Assembly: GCA_009103225.1 (NCBI GenBank)
Contig: RHPI01000193.1
Span: 616,650 to 680,649 of the forward strand
DNA from: Chlorokybus atmophyticus
Taxonomy: Eukaryota > Plantae > Mesostigma and Chlorokybus algae
Length of the DNA stretch: 64,000 nucleotides
Direction: 5' to 3'
In this document: piece after piece, positions 27,216 through 41,430 of the stretch
How the letters are laid out: every line of letters begins with the position of its first letter
Position numbering within the stretch: position 1 is the stretch's first letter
Translations under genes and position numbers: made by a program
Notes under the pieces: model-generated
What the model was told of the DNA's origin: nothing
The model's database searches: none
The model's input: only the letters and a program-made list of their open reading frames with translations

Positions 27216-27957
27216 TGCGGTAATCCGGCCTTGCCTGGAGTCACTCAGTCGGGTGGCCTGTGTTTGTAGGAGGCTTAACGGTCAAGTGCTGAGCGACGGG
27301 TTTGAAAATCAAACAGTTCGCTTCAGAATTAGAATACACATGAGTCATGTAACATGACCTACCGTAGGTACCGTAGGTAAAAGCCCTTCCCTCATAAGGC
27401 AACCTGCATCGTACAAAAGATGCAAGGCCGGTTTGTGCTTTGGGATGTTCAATGTGTGTACGGGTGGTGCAAGTGGGGGTGAACAGGTGGGGCACACGAA
27501 CAAATCACATGATTTTAACAGGTTGGGCCATTACACCGCAGCGTGAGACATTTATAGATCAAGACTTGCATCAAATTTCGATGACGATTGGTATTAGCAT
27601 ACTTAGAATTGAATCATATTTCATGGTTTCAACTTTTTGCTAGATTGCTAGTATTGTTTTTGTATATATCGCTTAGTTAGAAACATTATGAAATTATCAT
27701 GCAAATAATATGTCATTCATGATTTTTGTGTATCTGCATATGCAATGAATGAATGCATGTACATACTGTGTAAGTACACGCTTTATTGATATTCCGCTGC
27801 ACGCAGCGATTGTGGTGAGGTGTTTGAGCTTAACAATGCTGGCATGCATTGCAATTCATTTAGACCAACTGAACATTGTGCAATGCATTGTCACATCACC
27901 CATCATATTCACAACATACTTCAAGCTCAAATGTGCGCACATATTTTAAAACTTTTA

Positions 27958-28144
27958 ACCAATTTCATGTTGTAACCGTGATTGTAATTCTAAACGTATG
28001 ATTACGTGGCACAGGCATATACATATTCATGCTGTTATTCAACAGCTGATGTACCAATTTCATGTTGTAACCGTGATTGTAATTCATAACGTATGATTAT
28101 GTGGCACAGCCATATACATATGCATGTTATTCAACAGCTGATGT
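27958..28144. repeat. Tandem duplication, two ~95-bp units
   Basis: accaatttcatgttgtaaccgtgattgtaattc...ttcaacagctgatgt starts at 27958 and again at 28053. Confidence 0.9.
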
Positions 28145-30798
28145 AAAAGTGCATAGCGATAAGCATTGTATCATTGAAAAAATAAGCCAATGATGATTAC
28201 GTAGCACTTTTGGCGGCGGGGGGGGGGGGGGGGGGGNNNNNNNNTGCGTGCGGACAAACAGAGGGGGGGAGGGGGAGGAGAGCCCCTTGTATTGCAGCAT
28301 TTATGTAAATATGCATTGTATTTAATGTGACCATGTCAATCACATACTGTCTGTATTGCATGCATCAAGGGTATTTGATTGTTTCGGTCGGTTTCGGTTG
28401 ATCTAATACATGTACATTGTATGACGAATCCACTTGATGCATGTACAAAACCTGAGTAATTTGAGTTGCAAGATGTAATCGCCGAAGCCAAGGTGGGGTC
28501 AGGCTACTGGCAGATGGTGGTGATTATCATGCAAGTGGCTTGGTTGAGAGGGTGCGAGGGGGCAAAGTGGGAGACCCTCCCCCGTTAGAAGGGGTACATA
28601 AACAATCAAAAGCGCAAAATGAGAATGTAATCGACTTTATCAAGATGCATAATGCCTGCTATAGTGTTCACCATTATACAACTGCCAGTGATCAGTGATG
28701 ACTATAACGATTTTAATCTAAAGATATAAATGCTTGACAATGCTCACACTATCGCATATGCATGCATGACATGTGAACCGTTTGACATTGTGTCTTTATG
28801 CGCTTTGCACTGCAGAGTCTGCAGTGTGAGAGTTTGCCACCTTGCCCGCTTGCCCCTACATGCTGCCTCAGGTTGAGGGTCTAGCATGGTCTTAGCTGGG
28901 TCGTAGGTTGGGTTTGTTTATTTGTGTGAAAGCTTTGTCTGGGCCCCGTTTATTTATTGCTATTTCGTTGTTGCTTGCTGTCATGTCGGCAGTATGATAA
29001 TACTAAGTTGGTCACATGCTAGCTGAGCGCGCCTGTCTAGGCATGCTCGGTGAGGCCCTGCTTTCAGCTTCAGCTTGCTCAATCAAGTAGCTCTTATGCC
29101 GGGTTATGTCCTGTTCGATATGACTACGCCTTATAAGTTTAAGCGACAATCATATATTTTAAGGTTGGCACCTGCACACCTCTATTAGTGATCGTGTAGA
29201 GTTACGGGTATGTCGATGACAAAAACATATCAAGCACGTATACATGTTGGTATATGTACAAGATAAGCACGAGGCTGTTATAACCCTTTCAGCGCCATGC
29301 ATGACATACAACACGTGTATTGTATGTAATATATATACAAACAAGAGATGTATCAAATTTGCAACACTTTGCAAACGTCGCAAACGTTAAAAAACACTTC
29401 TGAAGTTTCTGAAAGCAATTGTTTGAAATGATGGCATGCTCTTGTAAAGGTAAATTAAATAAAGTTTGTTACTCATGAACTTAAAGCGACAATTTGCCAT
29501 CCACAACTTGCTCGTGCTTATGTACACATTAATTCAACATGTCTGCATGTGAAATATACAGTCACATGCACTGGCCATGGTGTAACATCAAGTTGCATGT
29601 GCTAAGTACCTGACTATTCAACATGTTAACTTAATTCAAAGTTGCCTTATTTCAGCTATCAGCTGAGATAAGAACATGGTGCAGAACAATACAAAATGGT
29701 AAGCTGAGAAAATTGATGTACATGTTGAGCATATGAATGAGGATAGGTGTGAATGGGGCTATTCATCATGCAACTCATAACTCAGAGCAAACGTGATGAC
29801 CACACCTGCCGCAAACGGCATGATAAAAGTGCTCTAATCACTTCACAGCTAGCTCACTACACGCAACCAATAGCACATTTGGCAACTCAGCATTGATCGG
29901 TCAATCATTGGTTACTTCGGTCACCAGCCAGCCAAATGTCAACATTGTGCGTTTGTTGATTCAACATATAATGCATATGCTGCTATGACTACTATTGCAT
30001 TTGATGCACTACAAACACACCAACAGCCAATCCTGCGCTGTCGCACATGCGGCCGCATGCTGGTGGCATGCAACTGCTCGCAGTGCTGTGTGGTGTATAA
30101 CAAATAGAATGCAAGGATTGTGGCATGCATGAGAGTGTGACACACACATGCATGAGCAGTCTACTCACCACACAGCACTGCTATGAAGCACTCTCATTCA
30201 CCATCGGGCTGCTAAACCTAGCTGCTACCTACCTTCTCTACTGCCCATACCCTGCACGCACGCATGCATGCATGCATGCGTGCGTCATCACCCACACCCC
30301 CGCCGCCATCTCCGCCAGCCTCCTACTGCCGTCTTGTCAACTGCCGGCTTAGGGTTTTGTCAGTACACACACGCATGCACGCACGGGAAATCCCTCTGCG
30401 GCGGTGCCTGTCGTGGTTTTGTGTGTACAAGATATGCTGACAGTAGTGGGAGACATGCATGACCTCACACACAGCATGCCAAACAGCAACATGCAAGCAC
30501 GTTACAACACAGCCACCGGGCTATACACACTGCTTGTTCCTCACTACACTATACTGGTCTAGACCTCCCCGTTAGGCATGCATACATGCGTATTAGTAGT
30601 GCATTACCTGCCCACACGGGCTCTGTGTGTGAGCATGTGTTGCACGCAGTCATTCCCCTCCCGGTTTTTTTGTACGCATGCGCGCAACTGCAACATACAC
30701 AGCCCCAGAAAAGTATACCCACACCCCCTTATTCAAACTGTACACATACCACCTGCCGCTGTCCGTTACACGTACACCCAACCACAACCACTCATCTC

Positions 30799-33700
30799 TC
30801 AATGCAGCCTATATGGCGCCAGTTGCCTCGACAGAGCCAGCGGTACATCCGCATGCACGATCGTGCCCTTTTCCCCAAACTCCAGGTGATCCACAACCCC
30901 TAACCTATGTATCTTATCCAGCACATCTCCCTCGCTATAAGGCACCACCGCCTCCACTCTCACAAGTAAAGCACGCATCTTCTCGCTGATAGCAAGCTGG
31001 AGCTCGTCGATGCCGGCACCGGTGCGGGCGGAGATGCAGACGGCGTCGCGACGGATGTGTGCGAGACGGCGGAGGGAAGCGGTGTCGGACACGCGGTCGA
31101 TCTTGTTCCAGACGATGATGGAAGGGATGGTGGAGACGTCGAGGTCGGCCAACACGCGCTCAACAGCGGCGGCCTGTGCGTGAGTGACAGATTGACTGAG
31201 TTGTGGAACAGTACTGAAGAGAGATAGGCCAAGGACCAACAACATGATATACGTATAGATTTGCCCTCTACACCCTACCCGAGAGAACACTATGCGCATA
31301 CACGTGTGCGCGCATGCGCATGTGTAGCCATTCCATGATTGTATACTTCGTAGCTGTGTACTATGTGCCTTGATGAACTTGAGAGCCTAACGAGGTGCAA
31401 CTGGGGGCATAAGTCAGATGTTTTGATGTATAATATACTAACAGACCATGAGTAGTGGCTAATACAGTGCCTGGCGTAGGCAATATTGAATGCTATAAGC
31501 ACAACAGAATAAAGCTCGGCACAGAATTGGCATTAAGGTGATGCAGCGGAGAGGTTATGTGTTCATACCCACCTGCTGTGCGGCCAGTGGGTGCGATATG
31601 TCCACCACATGCAGCAATAACGACGCTTCCGCAATCTCCTCCAGCGTCGCTCTGAACGCCGCGACGAGTTGCGTCGGCAATTTCTGTATGAACCCGACAG
31701 TGTCCGTCAGCAGCACCTCCTTGCCATCGTCGAGCTCGACGCGTCGCGTGGTCGGGTCTAGAGTGGCGAAGAGCTTGTCTTCTGCTAACACGCCCGCGCC
31801 AGAAAGGAGGTTGAGCAGAGTGCTCTTGCCGGCGTTGGTGTAACCGACGAGGGAAACCACGGGAACGGGTTTACCACTACGCCGGTCCCTGTACGCACGA
31901 GTCTCACGAGTTAGTCATGCTAACAGTCTTGGTTTCTGGTGATCAAGCTTGCAATCATGAACATCGTTGCAAACAGTCCAACTTGTCAAGCCGTAGATGG
32001 ATCAAGTGGGTGTGTGCACAGAACAAACGAGCAGTTACTAACTAACTAATGTGCATGTGCTCCCTGTAGCTTTCACAACAAGGTTGACAACGCGCACACG
32101 CGTACGCGCCCACATGCACTGACGCGCCTACAACCATGCACGCAGACACAAAACCACACAACCACCCATTACAGACATCACAAACACACCTGTACTGTTG
32201 TCTGTGGCTCCGCACCCCCTCGATCTCCTTCTTCAGCACCCCCATCCGTTTCCTCAGCAGTCTCCGATCGACCTCGATCTGCTTCTCCCCCATGCCCTTG
32301 ACAAGACCGCGGCCGCTCTGGCGCTCGAGATGGGTCCAGAGACGGGTCAGGCGGGGGAGCTGGTACTCCGCTTGGGCCAAGGCAACCTGAGAATGGGGAT
32401 GTGTATAAGCTAACAAGGCTTGCATGCACAGATGCGCAGTTTGTGTGTCTAGGTGTGTGCGCGCACACACATGCACAAACGCGCACATGCACGGTCACAT
32501 GGGTGCTCTCACTCGCACGCACATGTGCATGTTTATGTGTGCGCGTCTTCAGATGATTCAACACAAAACTAGTACATATGATATTGACGAATGTTGAACA
32601 AAGCAAGTGGTTTGAGAGTCTGTGTGTGTGTGCGTGCGTGTGCTTTCACTCGCATGCGTGCATGACACCATTCACTACCTGTGCATGTACCTGTAAACGT
32701 GTGTGCAATCACACGCAATCACACACATACAACACCAACAATACCACCACCAGCCCAACGCCCACTCCTCCCCACCCCACCTGCAGTTTCCCCTCCTTGG
32801 TCGCCGCCCTCTGATTGAAAATATCCAATATCAGCGTCGTCCTGTCGCACACCCTGACATTCTCCCCTAGACTCCTTTCGAGCGCGCGTAGCTGGCCCGG
32901 ACTCAGCTCGTCGTCCACAACAAGGACGTCAGCCTTCAACTCCTGCGCCGCGCCGCGAACCTCGGACAACTTGCCGGAACCGACGTAAGTCTTGGGGGAA
33001 GGGTGCTCGAGCCTGACAAGGGAGAAGAGAGGGTGGGGTGGGGTGGGGTGGAATCTTAGGGGTGGGGGTAAAGAGATAATGTTGTGGGAGTTGTTTGGGT
33101 GGATTGTGTGTTGTTGTATACATACTCTGCACCAAGTGTCCAGCTGTTCACTGCATTATACTGTGGTGTATGTAATCAACTGTGCAGCTGTATGTGCATT
33201 GCACATGAAAATATACAATTGTAGACAGGTGTGCGCTCGTGCTTGCATGTGTGCGTGCACGCCCCCAACGTGTGCGTGTGGTAGAGCCGCATGCTAAACA
33301 GCCTTTTTTCTGGCTACCTAGTTGACACCTATGTCAATAACAACAAGCATCAGCTCAGGACTACCTTTGGAAGGTGGAGCCGACGACAACAAGGCCAGCA
33401 GTCTCAGCAAGCTGCGCGAGCTCGTCCAGCGAGTCCTCAATGCTGAAACCAGTCGCGTCTGCCGCTGATGAAACTGACTTGCACTCCACGCCGACCAGAT
33501 AAGCACGCTCGGGCCTGAAGGCCTGCAAACCATGTGGTTGGATGTGTTAGACAGGGGGTGATGATATACACTTGAGTGAGGAGAGTTGAAATGTAAGTAT
33601 ATCCAGTAATGAGCGTTGCATGCGTGGATATGCTAATGCACATGCGGTGTCTGCAGAAATTGACAAGCGCATATGGCCATGTGTAGACATATACGGCCAT

Positions 33701-34782
33701 ACAGCCAGATATGTGTTTGTGTGTCAACGCTTGCATTGAACATTGCGCATGGAGCATGTCCAGGCAGGCATGTAGGCACATGTAGGGGTAGCTGGTCAAG
33801 CATGACAGAAACATAAGCCAGCAAGACATGGGCCGCACATGCAAGTATAGACACCGGGAACAGGCAGCTAACCAGTGCGTAACTTTGTGTTCATGTGTCC
33901 GTGTGCACATGCATGTGTGTGTGCGTGCGGACAAACAGACACACGCGCGTGTACGTGTGCACGCAAAAGCGCGTGTGTGTAGTTAGATCAATTCAGGTGA
34001 CAGTCATCAACTGTTGTTACTCAGCGATCGCGCAACATTAACTCACATCCGCTACGTCTTTGTCGAGCCCGTCCCAATCGTACACGTCATTGCCATTGAC
34101 GCTCTCGACCTCATCAATGTCCACAATGGTGTGCCCGAGAGAGCGCACTAGATCGCGAGCTGCGGAGGCTTGTGATGACGTTGATGAGGAGGAGGTTGAT
34201 GTTGATGGAATCTGCTGCAATAAGCGCTCGTACTCGTACTCATCCGCTGCATCTTCACGCCTGCAGATTTGAAACCAAGTTTACAACATCAGCTTACAAA
34301 CAACTTGACACGCACGCACATGCACACGCACGAGTACGCGTACACGGGCACGCCCATGTGCACACATGTACAAGCCTGATGGCTGAAATGTGACAAAGCA
34401 AACATGCTCGAATGAACACAGAGCACCAATTCAGTGCCTTGTGCGACAATCAGAGCAACCCATCCATGCACAGAAACAGTGCAAGAAACTGAACAGGAGC
34501 AGCAAATAAAGTGCGCAAGCAGGTATGATATGCATACTGTCAATGCAACTGCACTTACGAGCTGCTGCCAGCTTGAAGCGCCTTAACCCTATGGCTAACC
34601 CCACCGCTAACCCCATTCCTATGGCTAACCCTAACCCTGCCACCAGCCCTGTCCTCCACTCCTTCTCCCAGCCATCGCCGCGGCTCGCCCCGCCCACGTT
34701 TACTCTTCCTATATCCCCCCTCTCTCAACCCCGCTGGTGACCCCAACGACCACACCCCCGCCACCCACGCCGCCGCCGCCAT
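30799..34782 (-). CDS. hflX: HflX-family GTPase, probably organelle-targeted, multi-exon
   Basis: G1 [18 protein letters not shown]3 DTVGFI, G4 NKID; N-terminal HflX motifs [13 protein letters not shown] and [14 protein letters not shown]; N-terminal extension typical of a transit peptide. Confidence 0.93.
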
Positions 34783-35046
34783 CACCCACAAGAAGCCACT
34801 GAAGAATGTCTGAGCTGCTGCAAACGTCAGCAAAGTGCACAGAAAGGCCACAGCGTCGATATCAGGAGGTACATATCAATTTTTATCAGCTGAAAACAAT
34901 CGATATTCTCTGATCACGTGAGCCACAAGTCTGCCACGTCGGTGTGCCACGTGGACGCTGTACGTGAGGGTTAGAGCATACTGGAGGGAAAAAGTCAAAG
35001 CCTGGGCGGCGGCGGCGGCGGCGGCGGCAAGGCCGTGGTGGTCGTC

Positions 35047-38000
35047 ATGGCGGCGGTGGCGGGTATAGGAGGCGGTGTAGGAGTGTTGCAAAGGGGAGGC
35101 GGCAATGCTGTGGTCAACGGTTTTGAGGTCGTCAAGTTTCTGGGGAAAGGGTCGTATGGCTCAGTGTAAGCATGGGCGGGCCTGGTATGGCCTAGGCTGG
35201 TCTGACCTGAACTGGCCTGGTATGGCCTGGTCTAGCATTGTATGTTAGGTTTCATTGGTATGGTAGGTACTTGAGGTTGCTGTTGGCATTTTGTGGGGTG
35301 AAAAGAGGGTGTGCTGGAGCATGCAGCTGTGTGTGTATGTGTGTTTGACTGTGAGGTTCGAGTCATTGAACGCATGCAACAAGTAGAGTCAATAGGTAGT
35401 ACTCATTGCTCATCAACCAGTTGAATGTATGCCTGTATGAACTTTCTGTTTGTATATGTAATGCATACAGATCAAAGGTGAAGCGCCAGTCGGATGGGCA
35501 GATATACGCCATGAAGGAGATGAACGCCAAGCAAATGACCCAAGCAAGTGCCACACGACTATACAACAGAAGTGCCACAGACCAAAAAACAAGCAAAAAC
35601 ACGCACAAGCACATTATGTCCTACCTGCAACACTGTTCTGTTTTTTTGTTTAGGTTGAGCGAGAGGATGCTGTTAATGAAGTCCGTCTGATGGCTTCAAT
35701 CCCTCATGACAACATTGTAAGCAACCACGTGCAATTGCACAGGTTGTATCGTCAATCTCTGTGTGTGTCACACTCATGCATGTGCACATGCATGCAGGTG
35801 AAGTTTTATGAGACGTTTCTTGCGGGCACAAAGCTGTGCATTGTGATGGAATATGCCACGCAAGGGGACCTCGCATCCGAAATCAAGTAAGAGTAGAAGT
35901 ATAATAAAATGTAGGTTTGGATTGGGCTCGTGGTAAAATGTGTTGTGTGTGTCTTTCATAGGCAGCGTACGCAGTCTGGGAAGCCGTTTCCTGAAGAGAC
36001 CGTTTGGTCATATTTCATACAGGCAAGCGATGCCGTCACACATACGCGCACGCACGCACGCACATTGAAAACAGTGCTGTTGATCTACTTCATGCTCTCA
36101 CTGTGTGCATGCCATATAGATGTGTGAACAATGAACAATATGTGTGCTCCTCAGATGTGTCGCGGTCTTGCGGCAATGCATCGCAACCGAGTTTTGCACA
36201 GGTGAGCTGCACTGACTGATGCATGTGTTATGCATATGGAGTAGATTTGCTCTGCATCACTTTTGTGACTGGTAGTACACGCATCAACAATGTGCTTGCT
36301 TGCTTCATCACTTCAATGTGTCTCCGCCTTGGTGTTCATGCGTTGTGTACACGCATGTGTGCATGTGGGTGTGGGTGTATGTGTGTGCATGCTCGCATCA
36401 TTGCGCGTGCGTGTGCCCATACCCATGTGTGTTTGCTGCTACAGAGACATCAAAGCTGCCAACATCCTCCGCATGGATGACGGCCGCATCAAGCTCGGCG
36501 ACCTCGGGGTGCGCAACACACCACATTTCACTCACACCACCTCCATGCCTACATCCAGTACCCAATATCGCTAATATCAAGTGCCACTGTGCGCACAGAT
36601 AGCCAAAGTGTTGAAAAACGCCGTTGCCAAGACACAAATCGGCACACCACACTACATGCCACCAGAGGTAAGCGTCATCAACATCAACAACCAACACTTT
36701 CTCCCTCACTCACACATACACACGTTCTCATCATCACAGGTGTGGGCAGGGCGGCCTTATGCGTATTCGTCTGACTCTTGGTCCCTCGGCTGCGTGCTGT
36801 ACGAGATGTGCTGCGGGAAACTGCCGTTCGAGGGGGCGAGGACGCTGGACCAGGTGGGCGTGTGTGTGTGTGTGTGTGCGTGCGTGCGTGCGCACGCTCA
36901 TACACACATTTGCGTTTGTGTTTAAGCGTGTGCGTATGTTGAAGCGCACACACGCACGAAAGTGTGTACGTGCACGCGTATTCACTGACATCAAAGCTAG
37001 TGTCAACCATGTAAGCTACAAGTATTTATACACGATTTCTTGTCGATTTTAACTCCACAGCTAAGGGCCAAAGTGGCATCTGGTGCTTACGCGCCATTCC
37101 CAAAGCACGTCAACGGTGACTTGGCGCAAATCATAAGGCTGCTGCTAGATGTCAATCAAGTAAGAGATTTACAGTGTTGTTGCTGTTGCGTTCATGCTGG
37201 TGGAATTGATGTGTGCCGTGCTGTGGGTGTGTGTATTGACTGTTATATGTGTGTTGCAGAGGACCAGACCCACTGTGGAGGAGGTGCTCAAGTTGGATGC
37301 ACTCAAGAAACGCATGCACCTTGCACCAGAAGCCACCGATGAGGTAAGAGAGCGACAAGTACTTCTTGTTGTTATTGTTGTTGTTGGGGTTGTGGCTGAC
37401 GTCAGGTTTGTTGTTGTTGTTGCTGTGTTGCTGTTGTTGGGATCGATGTTGTTGTTGTGGTTGTTGACACGGGTGGTGTATCAGGGCAACCGCAAGCAGA
37501 TGCTGGCAACCATAGCAGTCCCGCGCAACCTCGACCTCCTCCCTGACCGCCTCCCACGCGCAAACTACCAACAGCAGCAACAACAACAACAACAATATGC
37601 TGCATCCCCACAACTGCCTCCAAGGCCGCCTTCGCAACAAAAGAGGGACAAAAGAGCCCCACAATCAGTCCCTGAATCAGTCCCAGAATCGGTCTCTTAT
37701 ACAGTGCCAGAGTTCGTGCCAATATCGGTGCCAGAGTCAAGGCCAGTTTTACCGGCGAGGCCACCAGTGCCAGTGCCAGTGCCAGTTTCCAGGCCAGGAA
37801 GGTGGCCAGAGACGCCGGCAGCGCCAGCGGTGCCTGGTAATGTGCCAACGATGTTGATGCTGTTATTTTTGCTGTGGGTATAAAGATCTAAGCTGCATAT
37901 AGGCATGCATATGGTGTTTGAGGATCCGTTTCACCTGTGGTTATGCAATGTTGTGTCCTGCGTGCGTGCGTGCGTGCGCGCAGGTGTCCTCATGTGCGTG

Positions 38001-38325
38001 CGTGCCAGTGCATGCACGCGCGTGTATGTGTCTCTGACAACAGTTGTCCCAGATGCTGCGGCATATGCGAGATACGGCGCCTATGCTGCACACCAACCTA
38101 GCGGCCAAGGTAATCATGTTGTCATTGTTGCTGCTGCTGTTATGGTCATGCTAGAGGCAATCAGCAAGTCGTAACACTGTTGTATAGGTGCTGCCGGGCG
38201 AAAACCGTCGGAGCTCAACAAGCCTTTGAACCGGCTCGACCGCGTCCCAAGCTACCTGCCCAAAATACCAGGCAGCAGCAACAATGACAACAACAACAAC
38301 ATGTTCAATGATCAAGAGAACAGAT

Positions 38326-38372
<47 letters not shown>

Positions 38373-38735
38373 TACAACAACAGGCGTAAGACACCCATAA
38401 ACCCTGTTTTCCCATACGCCAACGCCAACAAGGCTGGCCTAGCACTCCTCGCCAACAATAACTACTACAATAACAACAACTACAACAACAATAACAACTA
38501 CAACAACAACAACGTGCTCCCGAGCTACATGCTGAACAAGGTGCCCAGCTACAACAACTACAACAACCCCAACTACAACAACAACTACAACAACAATAAC
38601 AAGGTGGGAGGGTACTACGGCGGCGTGTCCAACTACGGTGGCGGTGTCGCGGCCGCCCTCAGTGGCGCGGGCTATAGAGTGGGTGAAAAGAGGCACAATT
38701 ACCCACACAACAACCCAGTAAGCACAAAAGCATAA
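35047..38735 (+). CDS. NIMA-related (NEK/CNK-type) Ser/Thr kinase with Asn-rich tail; 3' end approximate
   Basis: Exons give LGKGSYGSV, YAMKEM, EREDAVNEVRLMAS, CIVMEYA, HRDIKAANI, KLGDLG, TQIGTPHYMPPE, SDSWSLGCVLYEM, and ATIAVPRNL after the kinase domain. Confidence 0.9.
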
Positions 38736-39107
38736 TGTGTCAATGTCCTCCATGTTGGCATTCATGTGTACTCATACCTTTATTGTTGGCTTTTTGCAGA
38801 GGCCCATTGCATTGACGCCAATCGGTCCAATTGGTGCGAAAATCAACATGCCATTGAGACAAAGGGCTCCGTGGGTGTAAACAACCCCACACAGATTAAA
38901 TTTATATGACTGATTGAACTTGACATAGATATTATGATTTGAGATACAGTACCCCATTGCTGGTAACTATTAGGTATAGGTATAGTACACCATAAGCCAC
39001 GATATACAACTAACCCTAGTGAGCCAACCATGTGTTGGGCCGGGTGCTTAGCACACACGTGCAGCAAAACTCACTCCATACATACTGTACACAACACGCT
39101 AACCACA

Positions 39108-41430
39108 CTATTCGGAATCTCCGATCTCCTCGCCTTCGACATCTCGCGCAGTTGTGTGCGTTGTCACACCATTTTTCTTGTCGGCCTCTGCTGACTGCTG
39201 CTGCTGCCGCTTCTTCGCGTTGCGGCGCCTTTGCGCCTTCTTGCGCTCCCTTTCGCGCTGCAACAAGCGTGAATAAGAAACAACCGGAATCAGAGAGAGG
39301 ACTGCGGCAACATGTTGGCTTGCTGCCTGAGGAGATTGAAGATTTGTACGACCACAGCAGCCACAGCAGTAACTGCGACAACAGCAACAACAAATACCAC
39401 CACCACAATGATGAAAACAACGACGCCAATGCCAACACCAACAGCAACAACTACTGACGGATCAGCAAGTAGCAATCACATTGCAAGAACCTAAAACCAA
39501 CCCACTTCTAAAGAAGCAAGTACTAGACAGTATCACATGTGACTAAGGCTCAACTGCCACTTCACAGCCCGAACAAGCAAACACTGCATCGACGAAGCCA
39601 CAGACGCGCACGTGCACGCGCACACGCACTCAGCAACAGCACTTGAAGTCTCACCCACCTGGACCTCCTTGTCGGGAGTGGTGATCTCCTTGTACACCTC
39701 CGGCCGCACCCGCATCTTGAGCAGGTTCCAGAACACCCCTCCCGGCGTGCGACGGCGGGCGTTGTCCGCAGTCATCTGACCACCGGCCGTCTCAACCGCA
39801 GCCACCTGACAACAGTTAAGTTTAAGAGAGAGATTCAACGGTTGGTTTACCTACGCAATGGGCTGCTGAATATGGTTGATATCGGTTGTTTCGAGCACTC
39901 CTGAGTTGTTGTATTGTGTTGTGTTGCTCGTGTGTATGTCTGAGTATGAATCAACAAAGCACGCCACGTGATATACATATACTGCTTGCTCACCAAGACT
40001 AGGAGAAAGTCGCAGCACACACACGCAAGCACGCACAACGTGTATTGCCGCACAGGATACACATTCTTGCCTCTGTGAGGAGCTGCCGCATGGCTTCATG
40101 TCGGAGTCGGTCGAGCGCTTTGTACATCATTGCCACTTTGGGCTCTTTCAAGGCCGCACATGCACCTTTGATAAACCTGTATAGACGACAGGATTAATGA
40201 CTGGGAGTATGTACATACTACTTCCACAACAGCTACGACATACTACGACATATTAACCACGACACACTTCCAAATATGCAAAACAACTCACAAATGCAAC
40301 GATAACCAAATCTTACGCATGCTTGTTGAAAGGCGCGGCGCGCTTGCGCTTTTGTGATGCATTACTCGTGGCAGCGGGTGGCTTGTCCCGCCTTTTTGCG
40401 TCCTTTATCACCTCATCAAGCAGCTCCGCTATCATACGAAAGTGCATGTTGAAGATGGCAAGGCCAATGTAACTTGAGTAAAACAACATGAGTCAAAGAA
40501 CAACAGCAGCTGGATGCAAGTATGGACAGGTGATGTTGGACATGACTGTCTTATTTATTGTACCAGTGAACCCAGCACAGCCAGTCGGCTTGGCGTTGGA
40601 TGCAAAACTGGTGCAAGTAGTGTACACAGGGCCTCTCCCCACCCTCAACCTATACATAGAGTACTGATGCCAAAAAGGTGTGCGCTGCTGTAATGTGAGC
40701 GAGTGGCATGCGTGCGCGTGCATGAGTATGCTCTCATCTGAGTACAGCATGCCAAATGCCGAACGCACGCATGCACGTGTGCCAACATTATTTTGTCTCG
40801 AGTATATGAGTGCATGCAGACCATAAGTACCATGCAACGACCTGGATGGACCATTGCTACTCGCGTGTGCTTGACATGCCTCCCGGCACACAGTATGGTT
40901 ATGTGACGGCAGTAATATCCAGCTGTGCGCATTCTAACATGCCAGTTTGCACCATTTGCCACGTGCATGCTTCGCAAGGCATGCAGCACCCATCACGTAG
41001 AGTAGATTGTAGAAACAGCACAGTGTTCAAAGCAGGCAACAAGCAGCTTGACTGTGATTTGAGAAGGCTTGCCATGCATGCTGCAGGGCAGTTTAAGCGG
41101 TAAGCGATCGGTTCAGATTCTGAGAACTGCATGACATGTACCTGTAGTGACTGGAGGAGCTGCGGCCTCCTCCTGCGCTTCCTGCTCCTCCTGCTCATCG
41201 ACCCTCGCGTGAGCCGCAGCCTCCGGCGTCTCCACCACGTCATCGTAACTAACGACCGGCCTGACCTCCGCCTGCTCCTCTCTGAACACCTCCGTCTTGA
41301 GCTTCGCCGCCGCCTTGACCTCAGCGAGGTACGCGCGCCGCTTTGCTGATCGCCCGTCATCGTCTGCGATCGCCCCGTCCAAAGCCATCAGCTCCGCGGA
41401 AGCAGCAGCAGCCACACGGCCTCCCGCCAT
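39108..41430 (-). CDS. PHAX: PHAX RNA-binding-domain protein (snRNA export adaptor)
   Basis: Exon VETAGGQMTADNARRRTPGGVFWNLLK is the PHAX RBD signature; last exon RERERKKAQRRR...GDSE* ends at 39108. Confidence 0.8.

Noticed and set aside
27958-28144. Possible CRISPR-like or regularly spaced repeat array
   Set aside because: Simple two-unit tandem duplication without spacers in a eukaryotic genome; no such array seen anywhere in the window.
34585-34640. TAACCC-like telomeric repeats
   Set aside because: Few, degenerate copies inside the HflX first exon; not an interstitial telomere array.
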